A stretch of 64,000 bases of DNA from Paramecium tetraurelia (Eukaryota). Numbering within the stretch: the first letter of the stretch is position 1; each line of letters begins with the position of its first letter. Below, one piece after another: positions 26,318 through 38,028 of the stretch. The notes beneath the pieces are model-generated. The model saw only the letters and a program-made list of their open reading frames with translations. It searched no databases and was not told the origin of the DNA. The stretch is taken from assembly GCA_000165425.1 (NCBI GenBank), contig CT867995.1, forward strand, positions 147,173-211,172, in the 5' to 3' direction. Position numbers and translations under genes: made by a program.

Positions 26318-28008
26318 ATGAAAAAATAAAGTGAGAATGAGAAGATTGCTATTTATGCATCATAGATGATGAAATTACATGGAAAGATCCTAGAGAAGAA
26401 ATTGACTAAAGTGTCTTCAAAACAGTAATTTGAAAGTCAATCCCAAAATATCTCGAATAATAATAGTCCTGCAGTTGGAAGACAAAAGTCATATGAAAAT
26501 CTATTGAAAGTGAACAGAACGTTCATAAACCCACCAATTTAGGTGTCCTAACAAAAATTAAGCAGCATTTTAAATGTGATGGCAGGCTAACAGACGAAAC
26601 CTAAAAATTAAAGTTTATTTAACAATGAATTAATTGACACAGTCAAGATATCTCATAAATTACGAAAGAATCAATCCATGATATAAATAGAGCAATAATC
26701 CCCTTAACTTACTAAAAACTCTTCTTTTCATAGACCCAATTCTAGTGTGAAAATAAAGAATGGTAATAGTGTGTCAGGAGATTAGCCTCAAATCTAAAAG
26801 ATAAAGGAAAAGATCAAATCCCTTTTACAAGACAGAGAGAATTATTTGTAATAGGATTAAAAAGAAACAGCGTTTATGATCAATTTTAATTAAGCTCTAA
26901 ATCAACTATTGGCGATCATATTTCGAGATTAGCAAAATATTTAGCCTAATTCAAATTAGGATGGGACTCATGCACTTTAAATAGACCATTTCTTTAAAAG
27001 ATAAATATAGATTCTATAACAATCCTTATAATAATAAATGGAAAAGAAGAAAGTTGAGAGCATTCTTATTTCAATCAAAAAGAAACATGAGAGTCTTTTA
27101 TCGGAGCAAAAATAGTTATTAGAAATTAAAAAGTCTCAAGATCAAATAATTGTTAATTTATAATAATAAATTAATGGGCTATCAGCTTAGATCAGAGAGC
27201 ATGATCACGTAGATTAAAATGATACAGGTAGAGATTTCTAATACATATAGAAATTTAAGAGTTGAAAAATTTAGTACAAGAATAATTTGAAGCAATATAA
27301 AAGTTACTCCAAAGAGAACAATTAACCAAGATATTCTTAAAAAGAGTGGGTGATAGTTCCATAATTGAGTAAATATTTCAAATCTAATGTTAGAATGTTC
27401 GAATAGTTTATATCTAATGCAGAATAAGTGGATCAAAATGACACAGAAGGAAACTTAAACATTGATATAAATCCTATCAATTAACCTAACTCTCTTAATA
27501 AACTACAAACTCCAAAACAAAAAATGAATTCTTAAGATTAAATTAAATATCCTCTATAAATCTTGTCAAAATATGAGGATAATTATAAATAATAGCTAAA
27601 CTTATGTGATTCTGTATTAGCAGATGATTCAAGTATTAATCCTTATATTTGATGTAGGAGTAAATGATTCTGAAGAAAGTAGTTTTGATTTTAAAGGGAA
27701 AGAATAAGCAACTGAAATAAGTTGTTATTTTAACCCGGCATCCCAATTTGTTTAGCCTTAGATGAAGAAGACAAGCAGTTAGATGATTTCCAAAGAGAAA
27801 CTAAGAATAAATATGATGGGTGTGTTATTAGCTTAAGTTGAGTATTTAAATTTTATTAAATTTTTATATAGACAAAACTAGCAAGAAATTTTAGAACAGT
27901 AATAATAGTAATAGTAGAAGATTTTGCCTGACGATCTATTGGATGAAGATTAAATGGATGCCTACTAATCTAATGAGGAGGTATTTAAATCTAAAAAATT
28001 AGTATTGA
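26318..28008 (+). CDS. Q/N/K-rich coiled-coil hypothetical protein
   Basis: Long open frame under table 6, acidic C-terminus, terminal tiny intron before TAT TGA. Confidence 0.5.
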
Positions 28009-28090
28009 AAATTTGAATAAGATCTATTTTTCCTCGTTCTATTTTTATATTATTAATACTTATTATATTATTATTAGAAGAGATTGAAAA

Positions 28091-29190
28091 TCAAAATTCG
28101 TTTTTAACTCAGATCCACTTTTTTAATTTACCTTTAACCCAAAATCCTTTTTTTGCAATCCCTTCTTTGTCTAAAAATTAGCCTATACCATCCTAAACGC
28201 CTTGTTTCCATTATCCTTTGTAAACACGACCATCAGTATAATACATCTCTCCATAGCCATGTTTAATGTCGTCTAAATATTGACCACTATATATACGACC
28301 TAATTTATAGATATCAATTTTAATAATACCATCTCCCCATTTCATGGTTCCATTGCCATTCTTTAAGCCATTCCTCCAGTAACCTTCAAAAACCTTGAGT
28401 TTATCAGGCCAAGTCTACTTAATAAATAGTATTTACAAATGAACCATATCCATGAAACAAATCATTTTCGAACTCTCCTTAATATACTGAGCCATCAGAC
28501 AATTGGAAAATGCCCAAACCACATTTCATGCCATTCTAAAATTTTCCTTCATAAACAGACTTATCCTTATAGATCTCCTTGCCTATTCCATGCTACAGTC
28601 CTTGTTTCCATTAGCCTAAATATAAGAATTCGGATACCTGTATAAATTCGACCATCATAATACCTAAATTCCCCTTGGCCGTGAAACATATTATCTCTCC
28701 ATTATCCTCGATAGGATTCATTGGAGTTCACATAGACTCCTTCGCCTTGAAGTTCATTGGCAATCCACTAAAATATATTGAATAAATTACAGTTCCTTCG
28801 ATGTAACTAGAAAATAACAAATAGTAACTACCTATCATGGAATTAGTATTTTCCTTTTCCATTAGCCTTGCCATCTTTCCAGGTCCCAGTATAGATAGCA
28901 CCATTTTTCATAAATATAGATTAATCATTCTCTTAGAGGAGAGTAGGATCGAAACAAAGTTTTGGATTGTCTGGTTAAGTTGGAGCAGAGGGTTCCGGAG
29001 ATGAGATAGTGGGCATAAGGGATTTGCGAACTTTGTGCCCTCTATAATGAGCCTGTATTATAATGATTTTGTTCTCATCATATTGAGGAAGGATTTCTTC
29101 CTTGATGGGGTTATCCGTTTATTTGCAAGCACTTGAATCCATCGTCAGTAAATCATCTGCTACACAAGGAGCACTTTAACAACTGCCCAT
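28091..29190 (-). CDS. MORN-repeat protein with IQ motif and possible N-terminal acylation
   Basis: MGSC start, IQAHYRGHKVRK, repeated YxGxWxxxxxxGxG units. Confidence 0.9.
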
Positions 29191-29282
29191 AAATTAGAAT
29201 AGTTTTATCAAATTATTTTATATTTATGCATACCAATTAGTTAGTTATTCTAAAAAATTATCAGTATAAATAATAATAATTA

Positions 29283-30275
29283 ATGAATCAATAATATGAT
29301 GATTGGCCATAATGGTGGAATGAAGTCAGAAGATAAAAGTTCGGGTATAAATTAAGAATTCATAATTTTTAGAAGTGAAACACCACCAAGAAGATGTAAG
29401 AAAGTTCAAATAATTTAGATGAAATTACGGTTCCTTCCATTACTGCGCATACTTGGGTCATCCTGGATGCCTAGACTGGTAGATTGATTTGGGGGAAGAA
29501 TGAACACTCTAATAGGGAAATAGCATCCATCACCAAGTCTATGACAGCTTATGTTACTATTAAAATTTGTGAATAACTCAAAATAGATCCAACCCAAGTT
29601 ACAGTTTCTGTCTCAGAATATGCAACTCAAATAGGTGGAACATCCTCCAATTTACAAGAAGGAGATAGTCTCACCTTATTGGATCTCCTGCATGGATTAA
29701 TGTTACCATCAGGAAATGATTCTGCCTAAGCCATCGCTGAGAATTTTGGAGTCTATCTTTATTTTCAATCCAAATATTTCCAACAAAAAATCGATTCTAT
29801 TGATAACGACAACAATACCATACATGTCAATAATCCTGCATAGTATTTTGTAGCTGAAATGAACGCAACTGCTCAAAAACTAGGACTCTCTAATACTTAC
29901 TTTACTAATCCCCACGGTCTTGCAAATAGATTAAATAGATCCACTGCTTACGATGTCGCTAAATTATGTTATTATGCTATGAAATTACCATTATTCGCTT
30001 AAATCGTCAGAACCAAAGAATACTCCTGTACTGTTACTAATCTAGGATAAACTCGTGTCTTGAAATGGGAAAACACCAACAAACTTCTAGAACAAGGCTT
30101 CTCAGGGATTAAAACTGGAGTAACCAATGATGCTGGTCCATGTTTGGCCAGTCATTTTATTAGTAGAAAACACAGCTACATACTTGTAGTTCTTAATTGC
30201 AACTCAAAAGAATAAAGATGGGTTGATAGTTGTCGTCTTATTGATTGGGTAACTGACATATATGAAAAATAATGA
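29283..30275 (+). CDS. Serine-type D-Ala-D-Ala carboxypeptidase (peptidase S11, DacA/PBP5-like)
   Basis: EIASITKSMT (SxxK), LMLPSGND (SxN), FTNPHGL, STAYDVAKL, NTNKLL, GIKTGVTNDAGPCL (KTG); two tiny 5' introns. Confidence 0.92.
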
Positions 30276-30709
30276 TTTATATATAACTTTCAACAATAAT
30301 TGTTCTTGGAGTGTTAAGTCATATTACATTTAGAGAATAGTTAATCAACCTAATCTCACCATATCTAATCTAATATTCTTTTTAATTTAACTATCCTATT
30401 TATTCAAAGCTATTGGAGTGAACTTTAAGTATTCTAAAGAGTCTTTCTGAAATAATAATCTAGTACATTAATCAAATTTAATTAATAACTTTGTGTGGTG
30501 ATCATCCACAATCATAATTTTTTAACTATTATTTTAAATTGAATCTACAAAATTTGTAATCCTTCAATTATATTAGTTTATTTGAGTGTTAGAATTTATT
30601 TTCAAGTGTTATTTTATAAATAATAATTATATAATTTACTCTAATAAATAAAAAAGTAGAATGAACTAATATTGCTTAAATATCAATTAATATGATTTGA
30701 TAAATAGTG

Positions 30710-31856
30710 TATAAAATTACAATAACCATTAAATCAATAGAGGATCCACTGATTCATCTTCCATATAATCAAGTGCTTCCTCTGTGAAGTAAGCAAAGCA
30801 ATTTTTCCATGAGTTTTTAAGTAATTTAAACATATTTTTCAAAAGATTCCAAACTTACAATGTTGGTTGATATTATCAACATTATCTTCAAGCATCAATC
30901 AACAATTCACTACATTCACAAATTCATTTACATTATAATCTCATTTGAGATTTCTTTAAATATATTATAAGTTCCTTTATTTTATGATTATAGGTTATTC
31001 TCTTAGGCCTGTCAATAACTAACACATCTCTTTCCTCTAACAAGACTTGGTTATATTATAAATGGGTTATGATAGAGGTTTAAGAGGCTTGCTTGTTGAT
31101 ATTCTATTTGTATGTGTGAATCATAATGTTCTAGTAACGAGTCATCAGAAGTGAGAACTTGGTTTGTCACTTTATAAGCTTTAATGGAGAATTGATTGGA
31201 TTCATAAGAACCCTTTCATAATAAAGCCATTCTTTCTTATAATTTGGCCATTAACAGATTTACTTTCCTATTTAATTTTGGTTCCAAAGATTTAATGGTA
31301 AGTTATTATAGTTTCTGAATTGCTTATAATGCATACTATTTATTCTGATTATCTAGACTACGCAAGTGGTAAAGAGTTTAGGTAGATTCATAAATTTAAG
31401 AGACGGTCCCTCAAAATTCTAATACTATTCATCATCAATTACATTATGTTTGTAGAATATTTAAATGATTTATCATTTTATTTAAACAACTAAGTTTCTA
31501 CAATAAAAGATTAATTTGTAAGTGTAAAACTAGCAGACGAGAGTTAGCTTGTGTCACGCGATTGATCTTAATTTGATAGGCTATTTCTAAATTCTATTAA
31601 ACCCATAAATTTGGAGAAGATATGAAGTTCTTGATTCCAGAGTTGAAGATATTTAATGATTATTTGAGTGTTCGACAACTAATTGTTAATCGTAAATTCA
31701 TATCCCATATTTGCTGATTCTATAAAAAATTGTTTGGTATCATTATTACAGGAATCAGATACAGAGATGGATTGAAGATGGTTAGTGATATCTTGGAGTT
31801 ACTCTTCTGAGAAGACATCAACTTCAAGTGAGTTGAGTATTTAAGCATACCACATA
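30710..31856 (-). CDS. Hypothetical protein, reading frame ambiguous
   Basis: Coding-like stretches on the minus strand that I could not join into one clean frame. Confidence 0.3.
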
Positions 31857-31869
31857 TTTTAAATAATAT

Positions 31870-33403
31870 CATATTTTAGAAGTACTTTTGGGGATTTTCT
31901 TTGGATGAAGACTGCTTGCCTACAATTAATGATATTTTTTGGATAGCTTTTAAGAGTCCTCATCTCCACTGAATTCATTCATGCACTATTAAAATCCCCA
32001 AGTTGAATCAATAGTTTTATGTCTCTAGAATATAATTAATATTTGGGTTACTCTAAGTTAATCTTTAGGTTCAATAATCTAGACTCCACTATGAAAGATG
32101 ACTGATTAACGTTTAGAGGACTTGGCACTCTTTCTACTTCGTTTGCTCTTTTTGCTTTTGGAACGTTTATCATCTTGATTGCACATGCTTGTGTTTTCGA
32201 CTTAAGATGGGATATATTTAATCATCATGGAAGACAAAGAGCCTTGAATTGAGGTACTTGTGAGATGTTTCGACTCCATCCGAATAGGAGATCCTCCTGT
32301 GGCTCTCATTGCTTCAGGAGGTTTGAGGAGATTATTGGAACCCATGATTTATTACGAACTATTCATTTGTGGTTATTTCTATTTTTCTTCTGACAAAGCC
32401 CAAATCATTTGATCTTTAATTTTGGTTTGACGATCAGTCCATTCGAATAACTTATCTAGAATTATATGATTATTAGTGGATGCCTTGAGCAAGAGAGATA
32501 ACATGTATTTATAATCTGGTTCAGATTTGAATTCTAATTTTTTTAAATAACTAATTGATAAAGAGAAGATACTTAAATATTTCAGCAAATTCAGGTGGAA
32601 CATCTTTGCATAATTCTGAGACTTCAGTCTTCTATTTGACTTCGCCTACAACATCAGTTCGATCTCTATCGCCAATATTTTGTAAATTTTACCAAGGCAA
32701 TTTACTAATATAAAGAAAGTTCTCTCTACCCTTTTAAGAGATATATCATAACATAAAACATTGATTCCACATCATCTTTTCTTCCTAATTCGTAACCTCG
32801 ATGTGCTGCTATCGATGCATATCTTGTTGTCCCGATAAAGGATTTCTTGTCTTTGAGTGGGCTTTGCCTTAGGTAAATTCAGTACATGTGCTTGCCATGA
32901 TTATCTAAATAGACTTTTGACACTCCATAATCCACCAGATAAATAGTGCCATTCTCTTGTTGATAACCTGTCAAAATATTTTCTGGTTTGAAATCTCTAT
33001 GGATTACTCCCCTCTCATGCACTTATTGCAATGTAGACAGCAATTGATATGAAATCTGCAATACGCTTTTCAAACTAAACTTCTTAAATTGCTTGATATG
33101 TTGACTCAGGTCCTTGCCCAAAATTTGGATTACAATCACATTGTAGTCTTACTCGAATCCACTCCAATAGAGTTTGGGTGTTCCAGGCACTCCATTCAAA
33201 CGATTAAGGATGGATATTTCTCTATCCAGAGAACTGACATCTTCGTTTTCCTCCTTCTCTATTTTCACAGCCACTTCCTCTCTTGTGTGCTTGTCAAATG
33301 CCAAATACACTATACCGAATGAACCTGACGAGATCTATTATTTGATAATATATTTGTTGTTGAAAATCTTCGGATCCCTGTAACTAGGAGGAAGCTTCAT
33401 CAT
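31870..33403 (-). CDS. Casein kinase 1 family kinase with S-rich tail (3' end uncertain)
   Basis: SSGSFGIVY, VAVKIEK, HRDFKPEN, DYGVSK, FIGTTRYASIAAH...RKDDVES. Confidence 0.92.
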
Positions 33404-33582
33404 TTTTATTTATTATAATTTTATATTTCTCTCATGTTCATTTTGTATATTATAATTACTCCTATCGCATTTATTAATTTAATATTTTGTAATTAATATC
33501 CACATTACATTCGAAATTACAGGTCTCCACTCTCCACCCAAGAATACTTAATATTAAAATAATCAATTATCAAATAATTTCA

Positions 33583-35358
33583 TCAAATGTTCACAATGAA
33601 TCCCAACTTCTTAAGCTCCTCAACCTTTTTCTTAGATTTCGTAGCATTTATTAGAGTTTACGACAAATAGATGCTCTTCGGAAGCTAAGCCGATTTACTT
33701 AGTTATAGGATCTAATCCAGAGTTCGTTCAGTAATCATATTCGACGATAAATGCAATGAAATTACATTCCCACTTTAACCCAAAGCCTACAATATGATTG
33801 CAGCACCATCGTCACTAATCTTGTTCCTAGCCAATTTCAGCTGTTTCACCTTTTTTGCAAATCTTCAATTAATCAGCAATTATCTAACATCCCTCATCCC
33901 CCAATTCTTAAAATATTTAAGAACAAATTCATACCAGCATTGGAGAAGTCCACAATCTCTAAATTGTCGTTCTTGAAGGCCTACCAAACTTAATCAAACT
34001 TTTCGTTCATTTTAAATGTTTTCTTTCTACGTTCTTGCAATTTTGGAGTTGGAGATATGCCTTAACGTAAAATCGACACAGGAGCAGGAGGTTAAAGAGA
34101 GTTGTTTGGTTATTCCTTACTCGGACTTTTTTATTTAATGCATTTGAGAGGAGTGATTGAATGATGAGATTGAGTAAGATTTTCAGTTCTTAAAGGACTC
34201 TTAGCCTATATGACTGAAATATGACTTTAATTCTAAGCGACTTAGGTGATCAAACTCTCGTCATTATCAGTCCAATCAGCTATTGAATTATCCCTTAGTA
34301 GAAGAGGGTCTTCTTAATCTATTTTTGTAAAACTAGTATCAACGTGACTATTTTCAGTATGATTTAACTATAAGTGTCTAATGATACACATTGTATCAAA
34401 ACACTTTTCTATTTCAGCCTTTTTGAAGTCTACTCTTATTTTTCTGATTCTGATATTATTGATTCTCTACTCCAATATTTTTATGGTTCTATCCATTTCT
34501 TCAATTATGGCATTGCCTTTAAATTCTTAATTGTAAAGTAAATCCAAAGGCAACTCGCCATTATCTGTTTTAGTTGAGAAATAAAGTAGACGATCTTTAG
34601 CTCCGATCTTCCATAATTCAGCTTATTATATACACTATTAAATTTGATCTTTGATCTATTTCTTAGTCTATTATTCAAGAGTCGAAGTAAGACCACTCAA
34701 TTATTCCAATAGTTTATTCTCCTTTAACTCTAATTATTGGTGTAATTCTTTAAATTTCTCTTTAACTGCCATCTAACTATCTAATAGCATTGTTTAAAAT
34801 TTATCTGTAAGAGGTTCATAAAACTTAGACTCACTCATTTCTTACTACTTATCCAATATTTTTTAATAAGTCTACATGATATTTTCAGCCTTATGAGTAA
34901 CTTCTCTAACTACATCATCGACAGATTTCACTTCATGATGTCTGTGATTTCCAAATAATGCACATTTAGTACAAATTCGAATTTTATCTGTTAAGCATAC
35001 AATCTCTAACTTTTCTAGATGTTCAGCACATAATTCGAATCGTTCCTTAGCAAAATTGTTTAGATTTAACTAATATTCAGGTTATTCAATGGATGATCTC
35101 TATTTTAAAATCATTTTCAAAAGCTGGCAATTTTTAGGAAATTCAGAGATGTTTAACTTGCCCCTAGCCAAAATACTAATGTTAGAGTGTAATATAATAC
35201 TTGTCTTCAGGACAAGAGATCTACTAGCCATCAGAATTGGACAACATGAATTGGATGCATTGCTGACAGATGGTATGGCCACAATCAGGGAGCATGAGAG
35301 GAGTATTCTCGAATTCATTGAATATATTATGACATTATGGACATATAAGTTCTTCCAT
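33583..35358 (-). CDS. RING + B-box + coiled-coil protein with C-terminal LRRs
   Basis: CPQC...LPDCGHTICQQC...CPED; CAEHLEKLEIVCLTDKIRICTKCALFGNH; LKLARNKISDDGA. Confidence 0.85.
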
Positions 35359-35379
35359 TTTAATTAAAATAACGATATA

Positions 35380-38017
35380 TCACTGTTAAAGGTATTGTAC
35401 TAATTTGTTACATCCTTCTTTTTCAGACAATTCTTGAATAAAGGACTTGCACTCTTCCAAAGCAAACAACTCCTCCATCTTGGTTTAACCCTTCTTCAAC
35501 AACAATTGTTTTGCATAGTAAAGTAATTTACCAATCCAAACATACAATTTCATTCTATCTTTTGATTGCAAAGCCAATTCAATAATCTTGACAAACGATT
35601 CACAAGAGTACATCTGTTGTCTGATTTCAAACAAAAAGGGGAACGAATCTGGAGCATACATTAACTACCTATTAAAATGGGAATATTACTTCATCAAATG
35701 GATCTGAAGCCTTGCTCAAGAAGTACTTGACTGATTCCATGTCCTTTTACAGGTTCAAGTATGGCCAATTTTGAGAGTATTGATATTTCAATTTCACCTT
35801 GCCATCCTACGTATCTTCCAATAGTTCCTTAATATATTGAGGCAGTTCTTAAATATGAATGAATAATTGTAATGTGTCCAACAATTGGAGCAATGTCATC
35901 TAATCATTTAATTTCAATATTGATATCGCTGCATATTGGTACAATTAAGTCATGATCTCTTGTTTCTAAGGGAATTCGGATCCTGTTTGCATCAGAATAT
36001 TCATACAATAATATGGGTTTTCTAATAAGTCTACCAATAATATGATCTATGTTAATTCAAATTAAATAATACGTCTCTCGTAAGAAAATCTTCATATCTC
36101 TCAAAATTAGTAAAATCGTTCTTCATTCTATTACTAATTTCCCCTATTAATGTTTCAGGTCTTCCAAATAACAATGACAACTGGATTGAGAACATATAGG
36201 AGTCAAATGAAACTGTTTGTGCAGTCAAAATATGAGAGTAATATCCATTGTAACTCAATATTGATTCTTTTGATATTTTCTCGCATTTATCTAACACAAA
36301 CTTTAGAAAATGGAAGTTAATAGTGGGAAGATCAAATACAATGCGGAGTATGTTCGAAAATATATTTGATTGTTCATTCTGATCTTGGAATGGAATCAAA
36401 CTGATTAACTTAGTAAAAGACTCTTTTGATGGCAATTCTGACACCTGAATAGCTGTTAGGTAGCCAATCATTTATTAGAGAATTGCATTAACATCGAATT
36501 GCTTCTTCTGAGCCATTTTTTATTGAATTCTCTTATTATGAGTTACTCGTAGACATTGCAAATATTGTTTCATTAACAATGGTATATCGCTGGCCTTATT
36601 CCTAAATATTTTCAAAATGAATTATTTTTGTAAATAAGACAACACTTCAACTGCAAGCATGAAATCCATATTCTATGCTAACCAATCCAACATCTAAACA
36701 TTGGGATTTTCTTTAACATCTACTGTGTCTTTAGTTTCCAATATCAATAGCATTCCTAGAAAGTGAACAACAATTAAAGTTTGTTGTTTTTCATTATTAA
36801 GAAGTTAGGATAGTATGTCTTCGTCTCCAAAGAGAGGATAAGTCATTACATGAGATGCTATAAGACTAGTTAATATCTTTGCTATGAATTTCGGGTTGTT
36901 CTACGCAACAACTCTTTCTGTATATAAAAAATATAGATCTAGCAAATCTGGTTTGACTAGTTCTTATCTCACTTCCTTATAAGCAGTTGCTTGTATCAAC
37001 ATGTGATTAAAGACACTCACATCAGTAGCATAATACATTTCTACCTTACTTATCTGACTATTCAAGAAGAATTGGTTTTTCAATAGGATTTATCCCAACT
37101 TAACCAAATGATCTTTAGTGGATAATATTTGATGATCAATTAATATGGTGATGAATTTCTTCTATAAGATTGGAGTAATTAATGAAATGTAACGGATTAG
37201 TGCGTCAAATATCAAGCATTTACAATTTTGATTAGAATTTGTGTCTTCTATCTTAGCATTGAAGAAATTATCCTCGCATTAATGTCCAAAGCCAACTTAG
37301 GGATCATTTAATTATAATTAACCTAAGAGTGCTATTCCAAAGAGGTTTGCCAACAATGGATATTACTTTAATATTAATTCTATTTAATCTAGCAAGCCTG
37401 CTAACAAAAAATTCATTTAGATCAAAGCATAGTTATCATCCAAATCCAAAAGAGTCTCCTCAATTAATCTTACCAAATAAATAAGTAGCAGGTAAAAGAA
37501 ATTAATAAACTTTGAAGCGTTCTCCGACAATTAGGGTTGTTCCTAATTAATGAGTCTGTGTTTGCTAACAATGAAATTGACACTATTTTAGACTGCATCA
37601 AGTGAGTTTCTAGAGTGATAATTGGCAATAGATACTTTCTCAAATAGAAGGAGGTGTATTCCTGATTGAATAGATGAGCTTATTGGTTGACTCCTGCAAA
37701 TTTCTTGAAATATGGATGTCGACTAATTTCATCGTTTACTCTGTCAAGGTCAAAAAAATTGCTAGCAACTTCCCCTAAGAGATTGACGAAATCCTTTCTG
37801 TCTTCTAACTTTTGGGATAACTATAATTGATTATGAAATATCTAACATTTTCTTTGGAGCATTCATAGAAATGATTTTCGATGTAGTTCTTCAGTTTATT
37901 GATCTAGTCTAACATCTTCTAGTTTAGAGATTTGTTGTTTTCCCTGAAAAATAAATATATGGCTGATGCTGCAAATGTCGCTGCAAGACCTCCAAAAAGC
38001 TTTACTTTCATATCCAT
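35380..38017 (-). CDS. Large hypothetical protein with N-terminal hydrophobic anchor
   Basis: MDMKVKLFGGLAATFAASAIYLFF then long coding frames; exon structure not fully resolved. Confidence 0.5.
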
Positions 38018-38028
38018 AATTTAATTAA

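Noticed and set aside
27880..27920. Runs of TAA/TAG triplets that look like tandem stops or a microsatellite
   Set aside because: These are poly-Gln codons under the ciliate code.
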